A model generated the notes under the pieces. The model was not told where the DNA came from, did not search any database, and saw nothing but the letters and a program-made list of their open reading frames with translations. The translations under genes and the position numbers were made by a program. A DNA stretch of 64,000 nt from a bacterium (lineage in GTDB: Bacteria; UBA8248), in NCBI GenBank assembly GCA_965202625.1, contig CBDBBI010000010.1, positions 1,408,001 through 1,472,000 of the forward strand, given 5' to 3'. This document shows, in pieces, positions 20,070 through 29,984 of the stretch (its first letter is position 1; each line of letters begins with the position of its first letter).

Positions 20070-21266
20070 ATGAGCGGAAGCATCGCTGGAAAAGTCGCTA
20101 TCATCGGCGCCGGCATCACGAAATTCGGAGAGTTGTTCGAGCAAAGCTACAACGATCTCCTGGTGGAGGCAGCCTTCGAGGCTTACGAGGACGCTGGGGT
20201 GAGCGGCGATGACGTCGAAGCCGCGTGGCTGGGCACCTATCTGCCGCTCGGCTGGGGCTTCGACGGGACGGGCGGCCCCTCGCTCGCCGAAGCCTTGAAC
20301 CTCTACCCGAAACCTGTATCGCGGGTGGCGAACTACTGCACCACGGGCATGGAGGCCATCCGCATGGCGGCGATGGCCGTAGCCTCCGGAATGCACGAGG
20401 TCGTCCTTGCCGTCGGTGCCGAGAAGATGCGCGAAGTCCCCCCCCGGGGCAGTCTGGTGGCCCAGCACGTAGAAAAACTCCACCCCATGTATTCCAAGGG
20501 CCGCACGGCGCCCGGAAGCTTTGCCGTCCTCGCAAGGAGGTATTTTGAGGAATTCGGCGCAGGCAAGGAGGATTTGGCCGAGGTGGCTGTGAAGAACCAC
20601 TACCACGGGAGCCTGAACCCGCGTGCGCACTTCAGAAAAGAGATCACCAAGGAGCAGGTGCTCAAGGCTCCCCCCGTGACAGAACCCTTGGGGTTGTATG
20701 ACTGCTGCCCGACGACCGACGGGGCCGCCGCCGTCGTGCTTTGCCGAGCGGATCTGGCCGAGACGCGTTTCGGCAAGAAAGACTACACCCTCATCGAGGG
20801 CATGGGGCTTTCCTGTGCGACGGGCTACATCACCACTGCGTTCAACCCCAGGTTCAATTTCATCGGCTTCGAGGCCACCAAAGAGGCGGCGCGTCAAGCA
20901 TACGAGCAGGCTGGAGTGAACAACCCGCGCGAGGAGATAGACGTCGCGGAAGTCCATGACTGTTTTACGATTACGGAAATTCTGAACTATGAGGACCTGG
21001 GCTTCGTCGAGAAGGGCGAGGGGCCCGATTTCGTCAAGAGCGGCACGAGCAAACTCGGCGGCGCTCTTCCCGTGAACACCTCGGGCGGTCTGAAAAGCTG
21101 CGGCCATCCTATCGGCGCGACGGGTGCCCGCGTGGTGGCGGACCTCACGAACCAGCTCCTCGGGCGTTGTGGCGCGCGACAGGTAAAGGGAGCAAAACGC
21201 GCTCTCGGCCACACTCTGGGCGGCCCAGGCGCCGTCTCCAGCGTATTCGTCCTGAGTCGAAACTAG
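20070..21266 (+). CDS. thiolase family (SCP-x/acetyl-CoA acetyltransferase-like) protein
   Basis: VANYCTTG, GAEKM, KNH, DCCPTTDGAAA, AEVHDCF and GHPIGATG motifs. Confidence 0.9.
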   Translation: MSGSIAGKVAIIGAGITKFGELFEQSYNDLLVEAAFEAYEDAGVSGDDVEAAWLGTYLPLGWGFDGTGGPSLAEALNLYPKPVSRVANYCTTGMEAIRMAAMAVASGMHEVVLAVGAEKMREVPPRGSLVAQHVEKLHPMYSKGRTAPGSFAVLARRYFEEFGAGKEDLAEVAVKNHYHGSLNPRAHFRKEITKEQVLKAPPVTEPLGLYDCCPTTDGAAAVVLCRADLAETRFGKKDYTLIEGMGLSCATGYITTAFNPRFNFIGFEATKEAARQAYEQAGVNNPREEIDVAEVHDCFTITEILNYEDLGFVEKGEGPDFVKSGTSKLGGALPVNTSGGLKSCGHPIGATGARVVADLTNQLLGRCGARQVKGAKRALGHTLGGPGAVSSVFVLSRN

Positions 21267-21400
21267 AGAAACACTACTCAGGCTCGCATCATCACCCGGG
21301 GCGGATCGGGAAGCACCCCCCCTCTCGTCGTTCTCATCCCGAGAAAAAAGGGGGAACCAGGATTTTCGAGAAACAAAACCCCTTCGCTAGACGTTCAGGA

Positions 21401-22114
21401 TCATTTCCGCACGCCGACGTGAAGCGCGGCGACGCCACCCGTCATCGGAAGGTGGCTCACCTCGCAAAAGCCCGCCTCCCGCATCATCTCGGAGAGTCTC
21501 GCCGCTCTCGGGAACTCGCGCGCCGTGCGGGGAAGATAGCCATACGCCGTGGGATGCGCGGAGATGAGCCGCCCGACAAAGGGGAGGAAAATTCCAGAAT
21601 AGAAGGCGTATAAAAATCCAAAAAGACCCTTTGGATGGCCGAACTCAAGAACCACGAGCCTGCCGCCCGGACGCATGACGCGCCCCATCTCGCGCAAGCC
21701 CGTCTCTCGGTGCTCGAAGTTGCGCAGGCCGAAGGCGACGATCACCCCATCGAACGCGCCGTTCAGGAAGGGTAGCCTCAGCCCATCAGCCTGGATCAGC
21801 GAGAGGGCGGCATCGCGATCCAACGCTTTGCGCCGCCCGCGCGCGAGCATCGGAAGCGCGAAGTCAACGCCCAGAACGCACGCGTCTGGCTCGGCTCTCC
21901 GGCAAATCTCAAGCGCCACGTCCGCCGTTCCCGTAGCGAGGTCGAGAAACCGGCAATCCTCCATCTCTTCAAAGCCGTGCAAGAGGCTCGCCACCGCACG
22001 CCTTCGCCAGAAGCGATCCACTCCGAAGCTTAAAATCCGGTTCAGAAGATCATAGGTGGGCGCGATGTCGGAGAACATCGTCCGCACCTCGTCCCGCTTG
22101 ATTCGGGTCGGCAC
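21401..22114 (-). CDS. menG: UbiE/MenG demethylmenaquinone methyltransferase
   Basis: MFSDIAPTYDLLNRILSFG, LDLATGTAD and AFGLRN motifs. Confidence 0.88.
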   Translation of the reverse strand: MPTRIKRDEVRTMFSDIAPTYDLLNRILSFGVDRFWRRRAVASLLHGFEEMEDCRFLDLATGTADVALEICRRAEPDACVLGVDFALPMLARGRRKALDRDAALSLIQADGLRLPFLNGAFDGVIVAFGLRNFEHRETGLREMGRVMRPGGRLVVLEFGHPKGLFGFLYAFYSGIFLPFVGRLISAHPTAYGYLPRTAREFPRAARLSEMMREAGFCEVSHLPMTGGVAALHVGVRK

Positions 22115-22121
22115 GAAGGCC

Positions 22122-22997
22122 TCAGCCCAAGAGGAGTACGTCGACGATCGCGCCAGAGGAGATGACGACGGATACCCAGGCGTTCAGATTGAAGAACGAC
22201 ACGTTTACGCGACTCAAGTCATCCGGGCGCACGATCCAGTGCTCCCAGAACAAGAGGCATCCTGCCGCCGCCAGTCCCAGCCAGTAAAGAGCGCCAAGCC
22301 CGTACGCCCAGCCAGTGAGATAGAAACAGGCCATCGCCCCCAAGTGGACGAAGGAGGAGGCGACGAGCGCACCCCTGACGCCCAGAAGCCGGGGCAGGGA
22401 GTGGATGTCCTCCTCTCTATCGAAATCCACGTCTAGGCAGGCATAGATGAGGTCGAAACCCATCACCCAGAGGGCGACGCCCAGAAAGAGAAAAACGCTC
22501 ACCAGGCTTAAGTCTTCACGCACAGCCACCCATGCGCCCGCAGGCGCGCAACCCAAAACCACCCCCAGAAACAGATGCGTCCAGTAGGTGAAGCGCTTCG
22601 AATAGCAATAGAGGAAGATACCACCCACTACGGCGAAGGAGAGAACGAGAGCGAGCACACTCAGCATCCATGCGGAGAGGAGGAAGAGGGCGAGAAAACC
22701 CGCCAGCATCACCAGAATGGATTTCGAGGCGAGCAACTCCTGAAACTCCGCCCGGTCTTTCGTCCTCGGGTTCTTGGGGTCGAAGTTCTTGTCGGCGAAG
22801 CGGTTAAGGGACATGGCGAAGTTCCGCGCGCCGGTCGCCGCCATCACCATCCAAAAGAGTACCCACGTGGAGGGAAACCCCTTCGCCGCCATCACGCCGC
22901 CCATCAGCACGAAGGGAAGCCCGAAGATGGTATGCTCGAATTTCACCATCCGCAGGAACTGTTCGAGGCTACCGGATAACGACCGATCAGCCGCCAA
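22122..22997 (-). CDS. UbiA-like polyprenyltransferase (futalosine pathway, MqnP-type)
   Basis: MVKFEHTIFGLPF, NRFAD...DPKNPRT, YSKRFT and GFDLIYACLD motifs. Confidence 0.88.
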   Translation of the reverse strand: MAADRSLSGSLEQFLRMVKFEHTIFGLPFVLMGGVMAAKGFPSTWVLFWMVMAATGARNFAMSLNRFADKNFDPKNPRTKDRAEFQELLASKSILVMLAGFLALFLLSAWMLSVLALVLSFAVVGGIFLYCYSKRFTYWTHLFLGVVLGCAPAGAWVAVREDLSLVSVFLFLGVALWVMGFDLIYACLDVDFDREEDIHSLPRLLGVRGALVASSFVHLGAMACFYLTGWAYGLGALYWLGLAAAGCLLFWEHWIVRPDDLSRVNVSFFNLNAWVSVVISSGAIVDVLLLG

Positions 22998-24450
22998 GGC
23001 CGTATTCCTCCCATCGCCTCGTGACGCGTTCTCTGATCTCCTCCGACATCACGATCTCCGGCGGCCATTCGCGCTCGAAACCCTCGGACGCCCACTTTCG
23101 AGTTCCGTCCACCCCCACCTTGCTGCCCACGTGGAGGCGCGGGGCCGCGTGCTCGAGCGCGTCGACCGGCCCATCGACGAACACCAGGTCGCGCCTCGGA
23201 TCGATGCTCCCCAACACCTTCCAGGAGACCTCGCTGACGTCGCGCACGTCCACGTCCTCATCCACGATCACGATGACCTTCGCGAGTGCCATCTGCCCCA
23301 TCCCCCACAGGGCGAACATTACCTTCCGCGCGTGATAAGGATAGGCCTTTCTGATCGAGACGATGACCATGTTGTGGAATACGCCCTCGGCCGGCATGTG
23401 CACGTCCACGATTTCGGGCAGCTGCATCTTCATCAGGGGCAAGAAGATGCGTCCCGTCGCCCCGCCGAGCCAGTAGTCCTCCATCGGCGGCCTGCCCACG
23501 ATGGTGGTGGGATAGATCGCCTCCCGCCTCCTCGTGATGGCCGTGACCTGAAAGACAGGGTAGTCATCCGCCAGGGAATACCAACCCGTATGATCCCCGA
23601 AGGGGCCCTCTCGTCTGCGCTCGCCCGGGTTCAGGTAGCCCTCCACCACGATGTCGGAGTCGGCGGGGACCTCCACATCCACCGTTTTGCACTTGACCAG
23701 CTCCGCGCTCTTTCGCCTCAGAAAGCCGGCGAGGTTCAATTCATCTATCGCCGGCGGCAGAGGAGCACTCGCGACGTAAACGTAGACCGGATCTCCCCCC
23801 AGGGCGATCGCCATCTCCATCCGCGCACCCATACGGGAGCTTTCCTGAAAATTCTGCGCCCCGTCGTGATGGAGGTGCATGTGCATACCGGCGGTCGTCT
23901 CATCGAAGATCTGCACGCGGTAAAGCCCTACGTTTCTCACGCCGGTTCTGGGGTTTCGCGAGTAGATGTGCCCAAATGTGATGTAGCGTCCCGCGTCCTC
24001 GGGCCAGCACTTGAGAGCGGGGAGAGCGAGGAGGTTCGGGCTTTGCGTCTCCACGACCTCCTGGCAGGGGGCCGCGCTCACCGACTTAGGAGAGAAAGAG
24101 GCAAGCCGGGCAAGTTTGGGCAGCATCTTCACCTTCTCGATGATACCCTTGGGCGGCTTGATCTCCAGAAGCTCCGCCACTTCCTCCGCCACCGCTTCCA
24201 TGCTCTCCACGCCCAGGGCCAGCCTCATCCGCTCATCGGAAGCATAAGCGTTGATGAGGACGGGGACGTCAAACGCGCGCCCGTCGGGGTCGATGGGCTT
24301 CTCGAACAAGAGAGCGGGGCCGCCGCTCTTCACCATGCGGTCCGCGATTTCGGTGATCTCGAGCTCAACGTCCACCGGTGTTTTGACGCGGCGCAAATCA
24401 CCCGCGCGTTCCAGGGAATCGACGAAGTTTCTAAGAGAGGCGTAAGCCAT
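22987..24450 (-). CDS. UbiD family menaquinone biosynthesis decarboxylase (MqnL-type)
   Basis: GGPALLFE, RNVGLYR, EGPFGDHTG and GRPPMED motifs; operonic with the UbiA-like gene and menG. Confidence 0.9.
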   Translation of the reverse strand: MAYASLRNFVDSLERAGDLRRVKTPVDVELEITEIADRMVKSGGPALLFEKPIDPDGRAFDVPVLINAYASDERMRLALGVESMEAVAEEVAELLEIKPPKGIIEKVKMLPKLARLASFSPKSVSAAPCQEVVETQSPNLLALPALKCWPEDAGRYITFGHIYSRNPRTGVRNVGLYRVQIFDETTAGMHMHLHHDGAQNFQESSRMGARMEMAIALGGDPVYVYVASAPLPPAIDELNLAGFLRRKSAELVKCKTVDVEVPADSDIVVEGYLNPGERRREGPFGDHTGWYSLADDYPVFQVTAITRRREAIYPTTIVGRPPMEDYWLGGATGRIFLPLMKMQLPEIVDVHMPAEGVFHNMVIVSIRKAYPYHARKVMFALWGMGQMALAKVIVIVDEDVDVRDVSEVSWKVLGSIDPRRDLVFVDGPVDALEHAAPRLHVGSKVGVDGTRKWASEGFEREWPPEIVMSEEIRERVTRRWEEYGLGG

Positions 24451-24631
24451 GGTGATCAAATGCTTTCATAGACGGCGTTTTTCTCGGCGCGTATCGACCT
24501 TCCACCCGCCAAGTTATCAGGTTACGTTCGTCGCCAGTTTCCTCACGCCGAACCAGCTCGGGTCGCTCTCCGTGAAGATGACGGGAGCGCGGAGAATCAC
24601 CTTCTCGTCACCCGCTATTTCTGGAGAAAAA

Positions 24632-24916
24632 CTATTCAATGACACGGGGAACGCGGAAATGCCCCTTTTCAAAGTCAGGGGCCATCTTCTCCATGTTCTC
24701 TATCGGGGACTCGTTGGCTTCATCCTTCCTGAACACGTTCACGATATCAAGAACATGCGAAGTGGGCGGGACGTCCTCTGTGTCCACCTCGTTCAGTCGA
24801 GAGACATGCTCAAGGATTACTCCAAGCTGATCGGTGAATTTCTCGACCTCATCCTCGTTGAGCTCCAGCCGCGCCAGCCTCGACACGTGAAGCACATCCT
24901 CGCACGAAATCGACAT
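24632..24916 (-). CDS. gatC: Asp/Glu-tRNA amidotransferase subunit C
   Basis: HVSRLARL...LNEVDTEDVPPTSH...FRVPRVIE. Confidence 0.92.
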   Translation of the reverse strand: MSISCEDVLHVSRLARLELNEDEVEKFTDQLGVILEHVSRLNEVDTEDVPPTSHVLDIVNVFRKDEANESPIENMEKMAPDFEKGHFRVPRVIE

Positions 24917-24942
24917 CGCACCTCCCTTTTCCCTTTTCACTC

Positions 24943-27243
24943 TTATACCGCTGGCCTCTGCTTCAAGTCAACGTCCGCATCAACAAGGGTCATCGGCGCA
25001 TGTTTCACCACCAGCTTCTTAGAACCCACTCCTTCGAACTGCACGCTTACTATCTCCCGGTCTCCCGTTCCGCTATGTGAGGAGACGACGCCCAGTCCGA
25101 ACCTCTCATGCCGCACGCGCACGCCAGGGGCGTAGAGACCGAGGGCGGAGGGCGGCGCCTTGGGCGCGTCCTTCCCCCCGGGCCGAAGGGAGACCGGCGG
25201 GTTAGACAGAATCTCCTCATACCGCGCGTCGGAAAAATCACGCGGCCGTCGGAAGTCCGGCGGGGCACCTCTTCTCACCGGCGCATGATCCCCCACCCTC
25301 TTGATGCATTCGTGGTCAAACCCTTCCAGAAACCGGCTAGGCTTTGTCGTCCAAGTCTTCTTCCTTCCTTCCGGGCGGCTCTCCTGCGCCCAGGAGAGGC
25401 ATAAAATTTCCTTCGCCCGCGTCACTCCCACGTAGAGGAGTCTTCTCTCCTCATCCAAGGATGCCGGGTCCTCCAGAGCGCGGCCAAGCGGAATCAACCC
25501 CTCCTGCACGCCAACGATTCCCACGGCGGCGAACTCCAGACCCTTCGCCGCGTGAAGCGTCATCAGCGACAGCGCGCCGCTCTCCGCCTCCAACGCATCC
25601 GCCTCGCCCATCAACGCCAGCTCCTCCAGAAACAAGGTATGTACCTTATCCACATCAGGCGCGACGCCCTCCTCCCGCACCCGCTCTTCAAACGCGGCGG
25701 CAGCCGCAGCAAACTCCCGTGTTCCCTCAAGGGCGCGCGCGGCGCCGCGGCGCCGCTCGGGAGACGCGCTTCTCCGCACGGTCGCCTCCAGCCAGCCCTG
25801 ATAACCCGTCCGATCCAGCAAATCCTCTATCAAACGGACGGGCCCCGCCCTCCGGGAGGCGAGCGCCTCGAACGTTTCCAGCAGCTCTCGAAGGTTCCGC
25901 GCTGCCGCCCCCGTGAGCCGCCCGGCGGCCAAGGCGTCTTTCGCGTCAAGCATCGAGACGCCATTCGATTCATTCGGCGCGATGGCCTTCACACTCTCCG
26001 GCCCCAGACCACGGGGCGGACGGTTGACGATGCGGGAGAAGGCCGCCTCGTCGTCGGGCCTGACGAGCACTCTCAAATAAGCGGCCAAGTCCTGCACCTC
26101 CGCGCGATCATAAAAACGCTGTCCCTTCACTACCTTGTAGGGAATCCCTCGCCTTCTCGCCTCCTCCTCCAAGGGACGCGACTGTCTGTTGGTGCGGTAG
26201 AGAACGGCGACCTCCCCCCAGGGAATTCGCTCACCCGCCCCCGCCTTGATGAAGTGTTCTATGAGCGCTTTCGCCTCCAGAGCCGGGTCTTTCGCCGTCA
26301 GATAGCAAACCGCCTCTCCCGCCGGATTGCGCGTGAAAAGGCGTTTGTCGCGCCGCGCCCCTGTCCCGCCCACGATCTTCGAGGCAACGCGCAGGATCGC
26401 CCCGCTCGAGCGATAATTCTCCTCTAGGCGGAACGCGCGGGCGTCAGGGAATCTGCGCTCAAAGTTCAAGATGTTCTCGACGCGCGCACCCCGCCAGCCA
26501 TAGATCCCCTGATCGTCGTCCCCCACGGCGAACACGCGCCCATTCCCGCGCGCGAGCAGGGCGACCAGCCGATCCTGGACGTGGTTGGTGTCCTGGTATT
26601 CATCGACGAGTATTTCCCCGAACCGGCGCTGATACCTTTCCAGCACATCAGGATGCTTCCGGAACATGGAGAGCGGACGCGCCAACAAATCATCAAAATC
26701 CACGCCGCCCGCCTCGCGCAAGGCGCGTTCATAGGCAGGAGCTACCTTTCGGGCGATTTCCTCCACGCTAAACGCGGGAGGGCGCGCATCTTCCGTATCT
26801 TCGGCAATCTTGCGGCGTCCTATGCACTCCAGAACCGATCTCGGAGGGTAGCGCTCCGCGTTGATTCCCGCCGCCGCCAGACGCGCCTTGAGGAGCGAAA
26901 GGCATTCTGCGCGCGAGAAGATGGTGAAGTCGCGCGAAAGACCCGCCGCCGCCTCGGATCTGAGGATTCGCGCGCACACAGCGTGAAAGGTTCCCACCCA
27001 GACCCCTCTCGCCTCCTCCGCCAGCGCGGCGAAAAGGCGCGCCCGCATTTCACTCGCCGCCTTGTTCGTGAATGTGATGGCCAAAATCTGAGAGGGGGCG
27101 AAGCCCTCGGAGAGAAGATGCAGGATGCGGCGAACGATCACCTGCGTCTTGCCAGAGCCGGCGCCCGCCAGAACGAGATTAGCGCCGGGGGGCGCCAAAA
27201 CCGCCTCTTTTTGCTGGGGGTTCAGGTTTTTCAGATAATCCAT
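24943..27243 (-). CDS. pcrA: ATP-dependent DNA helicase UvrD/PcrA
   Basis: LAGAGSGKT, ITFTNKAA, VDEYQDTN, VGDDDQ, LEENYRS, TLHAAKGLEF, EERRLLYVGVTRA and a C-terminal Tudor-like domain. Confidence 0.92.
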   Translation of the reverse strand: MDYLKNLNPQQKEAVLAPPGANLVLAGAGSGKTQVIVRRILHLLSEGFAPSQILAITFTNKAASEMRARLFAALAEEARGVWVGTFHAVCARILRSEAAAGLSRDFTIFSRAECLSLLKARLAAAGINAERYPPRSVLECIGRRKIAEDTEDARPPAFSVEEIARKVAPAYERALREAGGVDFDDLLARPLSMFRKHPDVLERYQRRFGEILVDEYQDTNHVQDRLVALLARGNGRVFAVGDDDQGIYGWRGARVENILNFERRFPDARAFRLEENYRSSGAILRVASKIVGGTGARRDKRLFTRNPAGEAVCYLTAKDPALEAKALIEHFIKAGAGERIPWGEVAVLYRTNRQSRPLEEEARRRGIPYKVVKGQRFYDRAEVQDLAAYLRVLVRPDDEAAFSRIVNRPPRGLGPESVKAIAPNESNGVSMLDAKDALAAGRLTGAAARNLRELLETFEALASRRAGPVRLIEDLLDRTGYQGWLEATVRRSASPERRRGAARALEGTREFAAAAAAFEERVREEGVAPDVDKVHTLFLEELALMGEADALEAESGALSLMTLHAAKGLEFAAVGIVGVQEGLIPLGRALEDPASLDEERRLLYVGVTRAKEILCLSWAQESRPEGRKKTWTTKPSRFLEGFDHECIKRVGDHAPVRRGAPPDFRRPRDFSDARYEEILSNPPVSLRPGGKDAPKAPPSALGLYAPGVRVRHERFGLGVVSSHSGTGDREIVSVQFEGVGSKKLVVKHAPMTLVDADVDLKQRPAV

Positions 27244-27262
27244 CTGAACGATTCCCGCCTAC

Positions 27263-28039
27263 CTAAACCCTGCGCGGGCCGACGCTTGGTCTGTCCCCGC
27301 AGATGAACTCTTGCGCGCGATATACGCCCTTGGGGACGGATGCGTTCGGCGCCACCCAGCAGCCGGGGCCCAGGAGCGTGCCCGGAGAGGTCACGGCGTT
27401 GCAGCCGATCTCCGCGTCATCGCCCACCACGGCGCCCAGTTTTCCAAGATCGGTGTCGAGAGTCTCGCCGTCGACGCGCAAAACGATGTTTTTTGTCCGC
27501 CGCGTCCTCTTTTCCTCCTCCGTTCTGAACCGGAGATTCGCCAGTTTGACACCCGCGCCCAGGTTCGCCTCCGCGCCCAGAATGCTGTCTCCCACGTATG
27601 CGAAGTGCCCCGCCTGTGCGCCGTTCAAGAACGCGCTGTTCTTCGCCTCCGTCGCATGGCCAACGACGGCGTTCGGCCCAATAAGGCAACCTCCCCTCAA
27701 ATACGCTCCGTGCCTGACCTCAGCCCCCTCGCAAAGAACCGTTGGCCCCTTTATGACGACGCCCGGCTCAATTCGCGCACCCGCCTCCACGAGCAAACCG
27801 ACCGAGACGATTTTGAGTCTTTTCTCCGCGATAAAGGGTCCCTCGCTCATCACCAGCCCCCCCTCTACGCGAAGCGCATCGGCCTCGGCGAGACGAGCGT
27901 CCGCCTCGTTCACCAGCCTCTGGACGAACTCCCCCAGAAGGCCGACCGCCTCCCACACGCGCCCCACGTTCTCGAACAAGGCCGCATGGGGAAATTCGTC
28001 GAGCCTCTGAAAATAGGTTTGCGCCGCCGTCTCTTTCAT
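27263..28039 (-). CDS. stand-alone left-handed beta-helix acyltransferase (GlmU C-terminal-like)
   Basis: Hexapeptide repeats; EVRHGAYLRG, HFAYVGDSILG and KLGAVVGD. Confidence 0.82.
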   Translation of the reverse strand: MKETAAQTYFQRLDEFPHAALFENVGRVWEAVGLLGEFVQRLVNEADARLAEADALRVEGGLVMSEGPFIAEKRLKIVSVGLLVEAGARIEPGVVIKGPTVLCEGAEVRHGAYLRGGCLIGPNAVVGHATEAKNSAFLNGAQAGHFAYVGDSILGAEANLGAGVKLANLRFRTEEEKRTRRTKNIVLRVDGETLDTDLGKLGAVVGDDAEIGCNAVTSPGTLLGPGCWVAPNASVPKGVYRAQEFICGDRPSVGPRRV

Positions 28040-29970
28040 CTTTTCAGCTCCAAATACCACGCACCGAGCGGCGTGATGCGCAAGACGTCCCCCTTCATCT
28101 GCGCCAGTCCGCCGCGCAGAGCCTCTTTTTGCACCCAGGCGGCTCGAACGGACGTGCCGAAGCGGTCCCCTGCGTCCGCGCCCAAGCAGGCGTTGACGGC
28201 CACTGCGTCCATATCCCGCTCCTTCAAATCTTCGAGCAGACGAATCTCCGCCTTGGCACCGGGGGAGGCTTCATCCTTCATCCGCCTTAATATCTCTCGC
28301 AACGCGTCCTCTCCCACGGCAGAGAGCCTCTCCGCCCAAGCCTGAGGCCCCCTGAGCACGACGCCGGTTCTGCTCTCCGTCCCTGAGTTCCTCACATAGA
28401 CCGCTCCCAGCGGCGCGCCCGCCTCATCCTCCAAAGCGAGATACATGACCTCGGCGTCATCCTCAAGCGGTGCCCAGCGCGGGACGGCGACTCCCGAGAA
28501 AGCCGCTTTCGCGCTCGCCATCAACCTCTCCCCCACCTCTTTCCACGCGGGCGCGCAGGGCGCGAGACGGCTTCTATCCACGTGATAGGCGTAACAGGAT
28601 CGCTTGAACCCTCGAGGATACGGCGCGGCGACCGACGCATATCCCTCCTTCAGACCGACGTCCTGAAAAAGCCCGCGCACCGCCGCGCAAGTGTTGAGAA
28701 AGCTTTTCAGGCCATCTCCCACCGCGATCCTGTGCTCCTCGCCCGCCGCGTTGGCGAGCAGGCCCGGAACGAGCGTATGGCCCGACGTCTCGCCCCCCAT
28801 CACGAAGCGCTCTCCCCATTTAAGGGCTTCGCGCAAAATCCACTTGTCCCCCACGGGGGTGAACGTCACCTGAAGTCCCATGCGCGTCAGAGCCGCCGCC
28901 ACGCCCGAATCGCTCTCTATCGTGAGGGCGGCCACGCCGCCCCTGGCCAGTTCGCCTTCTCGCTTGAGAAAGCGGGCCTGCAAGAGGAGCGCATCATCTC
29001 CATCCAGAACGTGAATCGCGTCCTGAAAAGGGTCGTAGATAAGGGCGTAGCTCCTGTCGCCATCGGCGTCGAGGACGCATGCCGCAGCCAAGGCGTCGCC
29101 GCGCCGCAGCGCATCCGCGCGCGCCCAACCCACCTCGAAAAGAGCGGCCACGCCCGCGTGGGCGCGAATGAGGTCCGCCTCCGCCTTCCGAACGACGCGC
29201 CTGCCCTCAAGGGCGACCACGCCGCCGCCCTCGTTCACGCGCCCCTCACCCAGGGAGTTCACCTCCCTGACGCGCAACGGGGATAATTCCTCCAGAACCT
29301 GGGCGGCCAGCCCGCTCCATGCTCCCGCCGCTGCGTCAACAACCAAGTCCCATCGGGCCAGGTCGCCCTCGCGCAGCCAGCAATTCGGCAATCGGGCGAT
29401 ATGATCCAGATAAAATGCGCGGGCCTCCGCCGCTGATTCCACAAACCGGCCGCTCTCGGACGCTCGCGCCACCACATCCCAGTCGCGCGCCCGAACGCGG
29501 GCGCTGAGCGCCGCATCCTCATTCGGCAGGGGTTTCGTGGAACCAGGAGACAAGAAGATTTTAACGCCGTTTTGATCTGCCGGGTTGTGAGAGGCGGTGA
29601 GCACCAACGCGCCCGACCCGCCAACGCCCGCCATATAGGCCGCAACCACAGGGGTGGGCATGACGCCCGTAGAGAGAACGTGCGCACCGGAGCGCAACAG
29701 ACCGCGCGCGCACGCGCTGGACAGCTCCCCCCCCTCATCCCTTGGATCCCAGGCCAGCACCACCACAGCGGGAGAGATGAGCCTCTCGGAGGCTCTCTCC
29801 AGCAACCAGGCGCCGGCCTCAAAGACATAATGCTCAATGAACCTCGGCGTGATAACCCCATTTTCCAGAAAGGCCGTGCACGCGTCAACGCCCATCGCCC
29901 GCGGATCTACCTCATCCACCACAAGGCCGCGAATTCCGTCCGTTCCCTGGAATTTCACGTTCGGCGTCAA
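28036..29970 (-). CDS. phosphoglucosamine mutase/phosphohexomutase family protein, enlarged
   Basis: GTDGIRG, TASHNP (phosphoserine), DADGDR, GGETSGH and RNSGTE motifs; 644 aa. Confidence 0.82.
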   Translation of the reverse strand: MTPNVKFQGTDGIRGLVVDEVDPRAMGVDACTAFLENGVITPRFIEHYVFEAGAWLLERASERLISPAVVVLAWDPRDEGGELSSACARGLLRSGAHVLSTGVMPTPVVAAYMAGVGGSGALVLTASHNPADQNGVKIFLSPGSTKPLPNEDAALSARVRARDWDVVARASESGRFVESAAEARAFYLDHIARLPNCWLREGDLARWDLVVDAAAGAWSGLAAQVLEELSPLRVREVNSLGEGRVNEGGGVVALEGRRVVRKAEADLIRAHAGVAALFEVGWARADALRRGDALAAACVLDADGDRSYALIYDPFQDAIHVLDGDDALLLQARFLKREGELARGGVAALTIESDSGVAAALTRMGLQVTFTPVGDKWILREALKWGERFVMGGETSGHTLVPGLLANAAGEEHRIAVGDGLKSFLNTCAAVRGLFQDVGLKEGYASVAAPYPRGFKRSCYAYHVDRSRLAPCAPAWKEVGERLMASAKAAFSGVAVPRWAPLEDDAEVMYLALEDEAGAPLGAVYVRNSGTESRTGVVLRGPQAWAERLSAVGEDALREILRRMKDEASPGAKAEIRLLEDLKERDMDAVAVNACLGADAGDRFGTSVRAAWVQKEALRGGLAQMKGDVLRITPLGAWYLELKR

Positions 29971-29984
29971 GGAAGGGAAAACCC

